From Emiliania huxleyi CCMP1516 (taxonomy: Eukaryota), in NCBI RefSeq assembly GCF_000372725.1, contig NW_005201287.1, positions 326,986 through 390,985 on the forward strand: a stretch of DNA of 64,000 nt, written 5' to 3'. Below are positions 1 to 10,649 of this stretch, in pieces. How positions within the stretch are numbered: position 1 is the stretch's first letter; each line of letters starts with the position of its first letter. The notes below the pieces were generated by a model. It was given only the letters and a program-made list of their open reading frames with translations. It searched no databases and was not told the origin of the DNA. The translations under genes and the position numbers were made by a program.

Positions 1-230
1 CATACACACGATTCAGACCCATGTGCCATGACGCCCAGCATATGACGCATGTGTGCCGACTTGTGTCATACCCTGATCGCTACGGTTTCTCAGCTCTCCG
101 CGATGCGGAGCGCGTGCATCGACTTTGCACTTTCTCGAGCGCATCGGTCACGGAAAGTACGTCGAGTGGGTGCGCAACCGGCCCTTAATTAACGGGAAAC
201 CGGAAACACTTCTCCCTCTCGAGCCAAACA

Positions 231-306
231 GGTAAGGTAAGGTAAGGTAGATTTCTCCACACACACAAGTGGTGGGGCAAGGAGGGGCGACCCTCGCATC
301 TCCACA
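231..306 (-). repeat. Dispersed repeat with (GGTAA)n end, probable SINE/LINE 3' end; related copies at ~50927-51005 and ~10641-10692
   Basis: ggtaaggtaaggtaaggta..ttctccacacacac..gtggt.gggcaagg..gggcgaccctcgc.tctccac is seen at 231 and 50930. The same core (acacacagtggtggggcaag..gaccctcgcttctccac) follows the microsatellite at 10641. Confidence 0.65.
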
Positions 307-680
307 CCCGGACACGGGCAGGAGCCCCACGGCATTCAAAGTGCAAGCACTGGCCCGGTGCACGTGGGTGAGCAGGCAGCAGCCTGCCCCTCCCTCCCGA
401 CAAACCAACTCCCGCACACACACAATCGCACTCTGGCCATCGAATGACTCCGAATGACTCACTGTGTGTGCTAAGACAAAATCTCCGCAGACAGCCAAAA
501 CGGGCCGACCCGTGCCGCGTTTGTGGTGTCCTCTCAAGCACTAGCATCTGGGCGCCGCACAGAGCGCACTCGACTCTCGAGCGGGCGGGAGCCAAACAAT
601 CGAAGAGAAAAAAAATCTCGCGGGACTACTCATGTGCACCTTCCCCGCTACTTCTCCCGTACGCGGCAGCGTTCCTTAGC

Positions 681-794
681 ACTTGGAGCACTTGGAGTGC
701 AGTTGGCAGCCTCACATCCAGGGCCGGGGAGCTCAGAAGCGCACCCAGCGGGCCGGATGATCGGGATCGGGTTGCCGGCAAGAGAGCCCTAGCC
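681..794 (+). repeat. ~115-bp dispersed repeat, copy 1 of 3
   Basis: acttggagcacttggagtgcagt...cagcgggccggatgatcg...gagccctagcc, flanked by ccttagc on both sides (674-680, 795-801). Other copies at 3331-3449 (inverted) and 12947-13062. Confidence 0.85.
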
Positions 795-911
795 CCTTAG
801 CGAGGATATTTTAGGTCACAGACACAAACACAGACCCACATGCTCACAGACCAACATACTCGCGCCCACAAGCCATCCGGTGCGAGAGCATTCCGAGCTG
901 CGTGTTGCCTC

Positions 912-3200
912 TTATTCGCGCTCCCCAACCGCCCGCGCGTACGCCACCGCCGCCTCCACCGCCGTGCCGAAGCAGCCGAAGGAGACCTTCTTCCCGCCCT
1001 TCTGGTCAGCGGCCACGAAGCGGCCCTTGACCTTGCACACGCCCCTGTAGCCGGTACTGTTGTTGCTCGAGAGATGCAAGCGCAGCCCCTCCGCCTCCGC
1101 CACGACGCCCACCCGCAGGAGCGCCGCTGCCGCCTCGTTGTCGGAGTCCATCAGCACGGGGGCGGCGGCGGCGACCGCCCGCGCGTACGCCACCGCCGCC
1201 TCCACCGCCGAATCGAAGGTGCCGAGGGAGACCGCCCGCCCGCCCACCTTGCGCTGCGCCTCGAAGCGGCCAGAGACGCGCTTGGTCACGCCCTTGTAGC
1301 CGCTGCTGCTGCTGCTCGAGAGGTGCAGCTGCAGCCCCTCCGCCTCCGCCACAATGCCCGCCCGGAGGAGCGCCGCTGCCGCCTCTTTGTCGGAGTCCGT
1401 CTGCACGACGGCGGACTCCGCGCTGCCCTCGCCGCCGTGGGACGGCAAGTCCATGCCAGAGAGCACGACCGCCGTCTCCTCGGCGCGACCCGCCGCGCTA
1501 GCATCCAGCCTCAGTCCGTGTGGAGGCTCGAGCACGTCGGCGGCGGCGGCGGCGGCAACGACAGTGGCAGCGGCGGCAGCGGTGGAGGTGGCGGCAGTGG
1601 CGGCGGTGACGGCAGTGGCGGCGGCGGCGGCGGCGACCGCCCGCGCGTACGCCACCGCCGCCTCCACCGCCGAATCGAAGGTGCCGAGGGAGACCACCCG
1701 CCCGCCCACCTTGCGCTGCGCCTCGAAGCGGCAAGGCAAGGTCGCCCGCTTCGAGTAACGGCGCACGAGAAGTGCGGGACACCTCCTCTGGTCCCGAGTA
1801 CGGGCCTCGCGCACGCCTGCGTAGCCGGTGCTGCTGCGGCTGGAGAGGTGCAAGCGCAGCCCCTCCGCCTCCGCCACAATGCCCACCCGCAGGAGTGCCG
1901 CTGCCGCCTCGTTGTCGGAGCCCGTCTTCATGAGGGCGGACTTCTGCGCGCGGCGCTCCTCGCGCTCCGCCTGCCGCTCCGCCTGCCACTTCGCCTGCCA
2001 CGCCTCGGTGGCCACCCTCCGCTCGACGTTGGCGAGCAGCCGGTCGACCACCTGCCGCAGCTCGAGCCTCTCCAGCTCCTCCGCCGCCGCCTGCGCCGCC
2101 TCTGCGCCCTCCGCCGCCTCTGCGCCCTCCGCCGCTGCGGCCCGCACTGGCCCTTGCGCGCCTGCCGCCTCCGCCTGCCCGACCGCCCGCGCGAAGGCCA
2201 CCGCCGCCTCCACCGCCGTGTCGAAAGACCTTCCTCCCAGGCAGACCTTCCTCCCGTCCACCTTGTGCCTCACGACGAATTTAGAATGGTTCTTAAACAC
2301 GTTCCTGTAGCCGGTGACGCTGCTGCTCGAGAGGTGCAGCCGCAGCCCCTCCGCCTCCGCGGCCACCGCTGGAGCCTGCCCGGCCGCCCGCGCGTACGCC
2401 ACCGCCGCCTCCACCGGCGTGGCGAAGGTGCCGAGGGAGACGGTCTCCTTGCCGTCCACCCCGTGCCGCGCCGTGAAGCGGTCCCCGTCCGCCGCCTTCA
2501 CGCCCTTGTAGCCGGTGGCGTTGCGGCTGGAGAGGTGCAGCCGCAGCCCCTCCGCCTCTGTCGTCTGCGGCTGGGGGGCGGGCGGCTGGTACACTCCAGC
2601 AGCTCCTCCGAGCGGGACTTGCTTCGCCGCCGCGCCGCCGTAGGGAAGCGCGTCGAGTCGCTCCCGCTGCCGCTCGGTCATCTTGGCGCGTCTCGCTCTC
2701 GATTCATCGCGATCGCCCGAGCGGCTCATCACCCAATGCCCTGCCTTCCACCTGTGATCGCCCCATGGCGCCGCCATCTCGTGACTCTTCATTAGCCGCC
2801 ATCCCGGCTCCGCCTGCCGCTTCCGCGCGACCTCTACCTCCAGCGCATCGAGCGCATCATCGACAGGGATGTGGCCATACGGCAGCGCATCGATGCGCTG
2901 CCGCTTCCGCTCCTCCGTCACCCAGCAGGCCAAGTTTGGGTTCCACACCTTTGGCCGCCCGCTCTCGTCGTTCGGCGCGCGGCCCCTCGGCCGCTGAACG
3001 GGCGGGCCAGCGGAAACCGCCGCAGCGACGGTTTCCGAGGCGGTCGCCTGCACCACGGGCGCCTGCACCACGGAAACCGTCGCAGCGGTCGCCTGCACCA
3101 CGGAAACCGCCTCGGCGACCGCTGCGACGGGGCCCGCGGCCGCCTGCACCACGGGCGTGGCCTCGATAGCCGGGGCTTCTGTGGGGGGCGGGCCTCCCAT
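912..3200 (-). CDS. Multi-AP2/ERF-like domain DNA-binding protein (5 repeats), intronless; start uncertain (ATG at 3200, ORF open to 3230)
   Basis: Five copies of EAEGLRLHLSSxxxTGY(K/R)GV...RF.A...VGG..VSLGTF.SAVEAAVAYARA. This resembles the AP2 domain pattern (SGYKGV...LG.F....EAA.AY). Confidence 0.8.
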   Translation of the reverse strand: MGGPPPTEAPAIEATPVVQAAAGPVAAVAEAVSVVQATAATVSVVQAPVVQATASETVAAAVSAGPPVQRPRGRAPNDESGRPKVWNPNLACWVTEERKRQRIDALPYGHIPVDDALDALEVEVARKRQAEPGWRLMKSHEMAAPWGDHRWKAGHWVMSRSGDRDESRARRAKMTERQRERLDALPYGGAAAKQVPLGGAAGVYQPPAPQPQTTEAEGLRLHLSSRNATGYKGVKAADGDRFTARHGVDGKETVSLGTFATPVEAAVAYARAAGQAPAVAAEAEGLRLHLSSSSVTGYRNVFKNHSKFVVRHKVDGRKVCLGGRSFDTAVEAAVAFARAVGQAEAAGAQGPVRAAAAEGAEAAEGAEAAQAAAEELERLELRQVVDRLLANVERRVATEAWQAKWQAERQAEREERRAQKSALMKTGSDNEAAAALLRVGIVAEAEGLRLHLSSRSSTGYAGVREARTRDQRRCPALLVRRYSKRATLPCRFEAQRKVGGRVVSLGTFDSAVEAAVAYARAVAAAAAATAVTAATAATSTAAAAATVVAAAAAADVLEPPHGLRLDASAAGRAEETAVVLSGMDLPSHGGEGSAESAVVQTDSDKEAAAALLRAGIVAEAEGLQLHLSSSSSSGYKGVTKRVSGRFEAQRKVGGRAVSLGTFDSAVEAAVAYARAVAAAAPVLMDSDNEAAAALLRVGVVAEAEGLRLHLSSNNSTGYRGVCKVKGRFVAADQKGGKKVSFGCFGTAVEAAVAYARAVGERE

Positions 3201-3330
3201 TTGAACGTGCAGTAGCGGCGGCGGCTGCACGGCCGCTTCCGGCTCTGGCTCTGGCTCCTCGGGTGGCGGCGACTTGCCAGCGCTGGTCGCACTCGAGCTT
3301 TCACAGCCGTTATGAGAAGAAAATACGTCA

Positions 3331-3449
3331 GGCTAGGGCTCTCTAGTCTTGCCCGCAACCCGATCCCGATCATCCGGCCCGCTGGGTGCGCTTCATAGCT
3401 CCCCGGCCCTGGATGTGAGGTTACCGACTGCACTCCAAGTGCTCCAAGT
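3331..3449 (-). repeat. ~115-bp dispersed repeat, copy 2 (inverted relative to 681-794)
   Basis: Reverse complement matches 681-794: ggctagggctc...gatcatccggcccgctgggtgcgctt...tgcactccaagtgctccaagt. Confidence 0.85.
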
Positions 3450-3460
3450 CAACGCTATGC

Positions 3461-4581
3461 TAGGGTACCCACAGGGCCCAAAAAAGAAAAGAAAAAGAAA
3501 TGGGCCACCCCAGATCGCAGCACTTCGTGTTGGAGAGTCGAGATATTGAGAGTGTAAAAGAAAGAAAGAAAACACACAACCCAAGGGAGGGATGGGAGAA
3601 CGGCACGCCGCCACCACACAGGGATTTTATTGAGAGTGTGACTAGGAGGGTGGGGCGCTGGGGATTCTCAAAGGTATACCCTTGGAATGGCCGGATCCAG
3701 CCTTAAAAGTACGAGATCGCGCGCGCTTCGCGCACAGCACCGCCTGTTCTCCGCGGCTGTGTGACGACGCGTGCCGTGTACCAGCAGAGTTGGGCGCGCG
3801 CGGCGCGACGGCGCCCGCGAGGGGAGGCGCGGGTGCAGCGGCCGCCGGCGGCCGTACCGCCCGCCAGCCGGCGCAGCAGCGGCCAGCGCAGCGGCCGCCG
3901 GCGCAGCAACCAGAGCAGCCGGTGCGCGCCTTGCGAGGCGAGTACTGCCGTCCGGCAGCCTTGAGGCGGCCGGGCGGCAGTACTCGTTCGAACTTTGCGA
4001 GCCGTGCGCGCGCCGAGGCGCCCGCGGCGCGCGCCCGCCCGGCTGCCAGTAGGAGGCGGCGCAATATGGCCTATAGTACAGCCCTTAGGAGGAGGAAGAG
4101 GCTGGCTGGCAGTGCTGTATGCCGCCGAGGGGCAGTTTTTGGGTGCTGTCCCCATCCCAGGGGGCTGCAGAACGCGTCCGCAGCCGGGACAACCCGCCCC
4201 CCCAGCCGAGGCCGGTCGAAGCCCACTTGGAGGCAGCCATGAGGAGTCCTCTTGGTGCTCCTGGCGGCCGTTGGAATGGCGAGCGCGCGCCGATGGGGGG
4301 GGGGGGGGTCTTGCTTGCTCCACACCGAGCGCCATCGGTCCGGACCGGTGCCTCCACCGAGGGGTGGCTTGCACAAGGTCTGAGCCGCGGGCGCTCGGCG
4401 CCAAGTGCAGTGTCACGCTCGCACGCGAAGGGGACACAATGGGAAACCCTCGTTTCCTATGTACTCGGTCCCCCAACGGAAGAGGCCTCGCTCCTATTGG
4501 AACACTCCAACATCAGATTTGCCGCGTGCGTCCCTTTTTGAGACGTCAAGCTATTTTCTTTTGGGTCCTGTGGGCACCCTA
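3461..4581. mobile_element. Non-autonomous TIR DNA transposon (~1.12 kb) with 7-bp target duplication
   Basis: Left end tagggtacccacagggcccaaaa and right end ttttgggtcctgtgggcacccta form imperfect TIRs. gctatgc lies at 3454-3460 and 4582-4588. A second, inverted copy is at 27679-~29170. No transposase is recognisable. Confidence 0.85.
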
Positions 4582-5497
4582 GCTATGCGCTGGTCTGTGA
4601 GAGGTTGATTGAGGTGCGAGCCCTGGAGGCCCTGGGGATGGGGGCTTGGGGGGAGACTACCCGCGGGCCTAGAAGGCCCGCGCGCAGGGGGGTGGGGCAT
4701 TGAGACCGGTCATGAATGAGTGCGCGACACGCATGTTGCGAGCAGCGTTGTTGATGTTCTGCGGTCTCTCTTTCGCTACGTGTTCGCCGTCGGCGAACAA
4801 CGTTCGACCATGGCACTGTTCACAGCGCGCGCGGACGGCCGTCCTGCGACTCCCGCTCCGCTGGACTTTTGTAAGAGCCTGTCGAGGACTGGGGCTCCAC
4901 TCGAGGTCATGTTCATAGATTCCAAAGCATTGTTAATAGCAAAGGGGGGAAAAGGTACCCTCGACCCTCACGCCTGCAACCCTCGCGCGGCAGCACACCA
5001 CTGCTCCGCACGAGACACCGTTGCAGGACCAACCCCAAAACGCGACAGCGCACACAAAACAGGGAGGGTGGGTGGGGAAGCAAGACAGGCCGTGTGGGGT
5101 GTGGGTGTCACGAGGACAGACGTCCACGAAGACGGTGGACGGACGCAAACTCCTTATCCAATTCACACTCACGGCTGTCCTACTGGTCATATAGAAAGTC
5201 GGCCGTCCGCGAGCCCCCAGCTCGCCGACGGCGAGAGAGATGCCACGAGGGGTCGCGGTGGCGTCCATCGCCAGGCTCCCTAGCTCAACCGACGACCCTT
5301 CGGGATCGACGGCCGATCGTCATCAGCTGCTCTCGGGTGATCCCGCTTTGGTGGCTGAAGGACCCGATGGTCCTGTCACATTCGTGTTCCGAGTCGTGGG
5401 GGTAGAAGAATTCTCTCTCTCGATATCGGTGTCGAAACAGTTTGCCAACAACATATTTAAAGCTCTGACAGCGCTCACAGCTGAAACACGGGCCGTA

Positions 5498-5620
5498 TTC
5501 ACAGCCTTGTTATTGAGAAGAAAATACCTCTTATGGCGCTGTGCGCTGGTCTGTGAGAGGTTGAGGTGCGAGCCCTGGAGGCCCTGGGGATGGGGTGAGA
5601 CTACCCGCGGGCCTAGAAGG
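5498..5620 (+). repeat. Uninterrupted copy of the repeat that is split at 3300-3330 / 4582-4676
   Basis: ttcacagcc..ttat.gagaagaaaatac matches 3300-3326, and tgcgctggtctgtgagaggttga...gagactacccgcgggcctagaagg matches 4586-4676. Confidence 0.8.
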
Positions 5621-5816
5621 AAAACATCCCGCACCACAACCCATCCCCGCCTGACACAACCCATCCCCACAGGAAACACAACCCCCGCCGCGCAAGCAAC
5701 GACAGTCGGAAGGCTGTATTCACCGGCCCAGTCGCGGAGTCGGCGGCCTTCCGAGTGGCGGGTCGAGCGTCGCTGCAGCCCGCCTCGTCTGGGTTCCCAC
5801 CAGCAGCTGGAGAAAA

Positions 5817-6500
5817 ATGGCCTTGCCTCTCGCGCCATCGATCCTTTGCCTCTCGCTGAGTGCGCTCGCTGTCTTTGGCGCCTGGCTTGAGCCCCCGTGC
5901 CGGTTCTCCATGCCGGTCCCAACTCGCTACACCGGCATCTGGTCGTTCCTTACGTTCCAGACCAACGTGATCAGCGCGGGCTACTTCGGGATCTGCGTCG
6001 TCTCCGCGCTGGTGCCCGACACCTTGTTGGACCCGTGCGTCGTGACAGGCTTCCCGCTTGCCTTCGCACTGGACCTGCTCCTGACGCCACTCTACTATGG
6101 GCTGGACCACTTCAACGCCGAGAACGTCAAGGTCCGCCGCAAGTGGATCCAGGGTGTCGAGATCGACGGGACGCGGATGGTCTACCCGTACGTCGAGGTG
6201 GCCGCACATCTGCAGCATGCGCCTGGCGCTGTGGTTGCCCTCGTGGCCGCCCTTTGCATTCAGGCGTCGCCGTCTCGCGTCGCCTGCACGGTTGGCCCGT
6301 GCTCGTACCTCGCCTTCTACCTCACGCAGACGATTGCCTGTCGGGTGGCGACAGGCGCGTGGGTATACCCGGTGCTTGAAGACGTCCAGCGGGCCGCAGG
6401 ACTCGTCGGCGTCGGTGCCTTCATCCTCGTTGTGTGTGCCGTCGGCGCCGTGCTTGCATGGGTTGGGAAGGCCCTTGTGGACGCGCGCTTGGCATTGTAG
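5817..6500 (+). CDS. FAR-17a/AIG1/ADTRP-like multi-pass membrane protein (putative threonine hydrolase)
   Basis: 227-aa ORF with several hydrophobic helices and the family-like motifs WSFLTFQTN, HLQHAP and WVYPVL. Confidence 0.72.
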   Translation: MALPLAPSILCLSLSALAVFGAWLEPPCRFSMPVPTRYTGIWSFLTFQTNVISAGYFGICVVSALVPDTLLDPCVVTGFPLAFALDLLLTPLYYGLDHFNAENVKVRRKWIQGVEIDGTRMVYPYVEVAAHLQHAPGAVVALVAALCIQASPSRVACTVGPCSYLAFYLTQTIACRVATGAWVYPVLEDVQRAAGLVGVGAFILVVCAVGAVLAWVGKALVDARLAL

Positions 6501-6900
6501 CCCCCGCTCGTGACGGTCGTGTGGCGTCAGTGTGGCGCTGGTGTCAGAGGCGCTCTCGGCACTCGGGCCAGGACGGGGGCCAAGATGGCAGGGGTACGGG
6601 GGCCCCCTGCCCCTAGCGGGTAGCGCGTCGCGAGGCGCGTGTCGTGTACGAGCCCGGTTTTATATTCTACGTAGTTTCTCCTGAATTTCTCGTTACAGTA
6701 AGGCTCGGCTCCAAGAAGAAAAGACAGTACCCACGGCACAATTCACAGGAGAGAATGACTGAGCGCGGCGTTATCGGGCCACGCCCACGGCGCAAAAAAA
6801 TTGTAGTTCGTCACCACAGCGCACAGGAATGCGGCGGGTGGGAGTCTGACCTGTGTGTAAGCGTACAGTGTGCTCAGCCGCTCTCGCGTCCGGGTTCGCG

Positions 6901-7494
6901 TCAGTCGTAGACTTTCTTCGTTCTCCTCCGCGGCTTCAGCCGCTCCGCAGCCACGCCTCCGTCGTCGTCGGCGCCGCCGCCCGCCGTCACCTCTCCCGGC
7001 TTGAGCTGCAGCGCCGCGTCAAAGAGCCAGTCGGGCACGTCGTCGCCGTCTGCGAGCGTCACCACCTTTGCAAAAGGGTGGATGTGAGTGCGGCAGGTGG
7101 TGGCTCACCACGAGGCTCCTCTCCGCCGCGCCTTTTGGACCTCACGGTGGGTCAGCTCGCCCGAGAGCCTCTCCGCCTGCCTAGGCAAGGGTTCCTCTCC
7201 ACCCAAACCCAGCAACAGCGGCGGCTGCTCGCGCGCATCGCAGCGAGCGATGAGCCAGTCGCAGTGCGCAATGGCCGCCGCCGCATCATCGCGGGCGGCG
7301 CCCTCTGAGCTTCCGGCGGCGGACAGGGCGGCCGCATAGTCCGCGCGGGCCTGGGTCGCGATGCCGCGGAGCTGTTCGTGGAGGCTGCACATATGGACGG
7401 CGCGGTCGCGATGTCGGGAGACCAGGCGTCGTTCAGCGGGTAGGGGAGCTGCGAGCGAGGGCGCCACTGCCGAGGCGGCTTCCACCGCCTGCAA
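6901..7494 (-). CDS. Hypothetical spliced protein, exon structure unresolved
   Basis: Ala-rich ORF 7105-7494, a candidate GT-AG intron at ~7066-7108 and a downstream frame VVTLADGDDVPDWLFDAALQLK...KKVYD*. I could not join the frames unambiguously. Confidence 0.3.
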
Positions 7495-7620
7495 GCGGCC
7501 GGCCGTCGCAAAAAGAGAAATACCCGCGCGCCTAGTGGTGGGGTCCCCTAAAATGCGACCGCTAGGAGAGCCGCGTGTAGTCCTATAAAGTACCCGTACA
7601 CCTAGCTAGTACCTTTAGAG

Positions 7621-8484
7621 CTAACGCGCACTCAGCGTTCTTGCTTGCCTTCCCTTCCCTTCCCTTACCTCTTGCTTGCCGATAACGCACGCCTCGCGCT
7701 GGCAGAAGATGAAGTTGACGTGCTGCGGCAACGGAAATCGCTTTCGCAGGTCAAAAGCGTGGCGATTGGAGGCGGTCGCGTCCCAGTTGACCGTGCCCCA
7801 GTCGGGGACCAGGGCCTTGGGCGTTCTTGGGTTGACGGTCAGCTGTTCGATCCACGACTGGATGACGTCCGACATGATCGCGTCGCCCTTCGTGTCGTCG
7901 TACTTCGGGTGCCGCCCGACCAGCATGTCTTCGATGAAGTACAGCCCTCCTCGCTTGACAGACGGCCAGAGCCCACGGAACGTAGAGAGGATCTGGCCGT
8001 TTGTGTGGCCTCCGTCGTCGATGATGGCGTCGAAGTCGTCGCCCGCTTCTCTCACCCATTCGGCCTGCGTCTGCTTGTTCGCCTGATTGCCCACGAGCGT
8101 GCGGATGCCAAAATCCTTCCACATACTCGAGTTGTGCTTGCTCACGCACGCCGCGTCAGTGTCGGCCATCCAGAGCTCCATATCAGCGAAGAGATCTCGC
8201 CATAATTTGGCGCTCGCGCCGGGACCGTAGTTCTGGTCGCACCCAAGCCCAATCTCCAGCATCTTCATCCTCCGGAACTGCGAGCGCGTGGAATAGTATA
8301 GCGGCACCAGGAACATGCCGTACATGGTCTGATAGCTGTGCGTGGTCACCTTGTCGGTGACAATTGGAGGCCGCGAACGCGCGGCGGTGACGACCTGCTT
8401 GATCATCGGCGCTGCGTACGACGGCTGTGCACGCGCGCCGGAGTGAAGCGAGAGAACGAAAAAGGCGACGGTTGGCCTCAACAT
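7621..8484 (-). CDS. Class I SAM-dependent methyltransferase (MycE-like O-methyltransferase type) with N-terminal signal peptide, intronless
   Basis: Motifs MLEIGLGC..GPGAS, FDAIIDDGGH and GGLYFIED. Hydrophobic N-terminus MLRPTVAFFVLSLHSGARA. Confidence 0.85.
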   Translation of the reverse strand: MLRPTVAFFVLSLHSGARAQPSYAAPMIKQVVTAARSRPPIVTDKVTTHSYQTMYGMFLVPLYYSTRSQFRRMKMLEIGLGCDQNYGPGASAKLWRDLFADMELWMADTDAACVSKHNSSMWKDFGIRTLVGNQANKQTQAEWVREAGDDFDAIIDDGGHTNGQILSTFRGLWPSVKRGGLYFIEDMLVGRHPKYDDTKGDAIMSDVIQSWIEQLTVNPRTPKALVPDWGTVNWDATASNRHAFDLRKRFPLPQHVNFIFCQREACVIGKQEVREGKGRQARTLSAR

Positions 8485-8709
8485 GCGCGTTTTCTCGCAA
8501 AGGCTACCCGGGTGCTGTGAGCGCTGATATCCGTTCAATCGTTCACACCTTCGCGTTCACAGCGCGCATCATGGTACATGTACCGTATAGGTACCTGATC
8601 TGGCTGGTATCCTGCCTGGTACCCAGCGCACGTGACACGCCCGCGCACCCCTAAAGCGCTCGTGTCCGTGGACCGTGGTGGGCGCCTCGGAACAAAAACT
8701 AACCACCCG

Positions 8710-9729
8710 TCACCCTCCCTCCCGCTTCGCCTCCTGGTCGTCCTCCTCGAGCGGCCGCAGCCCGCCTGCCGCCGCCCCCTGCACAGGTCCGAGGATGTGA
8801 TCGACCAGGCCCAGCGCCCTCGCCTCGCCCGCCTAGAGACGCTCGCACACCGCAGCTTGGAGCGAAAAGAGACGCGGCCGACTCGACTCTCGCCGCGAGT
8901 CGCGCCGTCAAGTGCACGTCCCTCACCATCTTGCTGTCGAGGCTGCCCGCGTCGGCGCCCGTCAGCCGGCCAAGCGTCTCTGCCCAGTGGCGGCGCTGCC
9001 TCTCCGACTCCCTGTGGGCACGCGGCGGGCCGAGGCGAGGTGAGGCGGAGGTGAGGTGAGATGAGGCGAGGCGAGGTGAGGTGGGTTGAGCTGAAGTGTC
9101 GCTGTGTGAAGCGTCCAGAGAGTGCTCAATGCTACCCGTCTCTCGCGCCTGGCTTGCGCAGAGAGGTCGTCGGCCTGCGCGTAGGACCCGACCGCCTCTC
9201 CGTCCCAGTGCGGCTGGTGGATCATCAGGCGCGCCTAGAGGCGAGGCGAGCACCCTCATCTCGGGCATCGCCTCGGCGCGCGGCTCAAGTCGCAAGGGCT
9301 TGCCGAGGCTGCGGCGTAGCGGTGGCCGGGCTCTCCGGCGGCGAGAAGCACGGCAGCCATCGAGCGGCAGCGGCCGAGGCAGACGGTGTGCACGGGCGAC
9401 GAGACAGCACGGAGTGTGTCAAAAAGCGCAAAACCCGCCCAGAGAGAGCCGCCACTCGAGTTGATCACGAGCTCGATCGGCTCGCCCGGCGAGGCCGCCT
9501 CGAGCCACAGCAGACGCTTGATCAGCGCGTTGGCCGAGTCGTCTGTCACATCTCCGAGAAGGAAGACACGGCGGTGCGAGAGGTGGGCGGCGTCGAGTTC
9601 GCAATCGGACTGCGGCGGAGCAGGTTTGCCAGAGGAATCGGACGACGCGGAGTCAGCTGAGGCGGCTGCGCGTTTTGCGGCGATGCAGATCGCTCCGCCA
9701 GCGAGCAGGCGAGTCGCGGCGAAGCGCAT
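8710..9729 (-). CDS. clpP: ATP-dependent Clp protease proteolytic subunit, spliced (~4 exons), probably organelle-targeted
   Basis: RRVFLLGDV, INSSGG, catalytic Ser in CRSMAAVLL, His in RLMIHQP, and Asp in RDVHLT|AGEARALGLVDHI. A GC-AG intron at 9235-9303 joins AAAS|ARLMIHQP in frame. Confidence 0.9.
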
Positions 9730-9936
9730 GGATTGATCTGGGGTGCGCGCCCGTGGGGCGGCGCCGGAGTGGGCACAGGAGCTGTCACTCCACAGGAGCT
9801 GTCACTCCACGCCGATTGTGACTGCTCCTGTGGAGCTGGCTGTGGTCCGCGCGAAACCGCGAATCGTGCTCGGCATGAAATGCGCCGCTGTTTTGTTTTT
9901 TCTCTCTCTTACTGTCGTCACCCATGAGTGCGAGTT

Positions 9937-10348
9937 AGGGCTAGCGGCTGGCCAATAGCCTGTGAGGAGGGCGTCCATAGACACCTCACAAGACCCCACA
10001 CACGGTCTCGTCCGTGCCTTGCGGCCGGCGACGAGATTGCTAGAGGCGGAGCAAGCCTGCTCTAGTCTCACACGTTCGCCCCTGTCGCCTGTCTGTGTTG
10101 TTGTGCTGTTGTTTGTCTCTTGGCACCTTGGAGTGCTGGGGGGGGCGACAGGGGGGACGTGGCCTGAGTGATGTGTACGCCCACTCAGGATGTGTGGCAG
10201 CCCGCTGGCTGTGTGTCTTGTGAGCTTGTTTGTGTCTGTGTGTCGCTCGTGCGTGTCGTCATCATCTGTCTTGCGTCCACCCATACCGCGTTGGTGTCCA
10301 GTCCGAGCCTGACTGTTCTTCACCTTACTACATACATACATACATACA
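9937..10348 (+). mobile_element. ~410-bp SINE/LINE-3'-like element with (TACA)n tail; sister copy at 29230-29637
   Basis: Colinear with 29230-29637 from agggctagc to gttcttcacct, and ends in a tetranucleotide tail. Confidence 0.8.
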
Positions 10349-10382
10349 TGCCTTTGTCATAAAAATTCTTTAACTCTTTACG

Positions 10383-10649
<267 letters not shown>

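Noticed and set aside
840..2795. Long antisense and alternate-frame ORFs (e.g. 840-2795, 22877-24433, 25220-26563, 30634-31938, 57198-58673)
   Set aside because: Shadow ORFs expected at this GC content opposite real genes, with no domain signal.
3642..4582. ORFs inside the TIR element and its copy (27877-28750) as a transposase
   Set aside because: R/A/P-rich with no DDE or zinc-finger motifs, and the frames are not conserved between the copies.
8640..8670. Peptide PRTPKALV occurring both in ORF 8632-9054 and in the methyltransferase
   Set aside because: Codons differ and there is no flanking similarity; probably chance.
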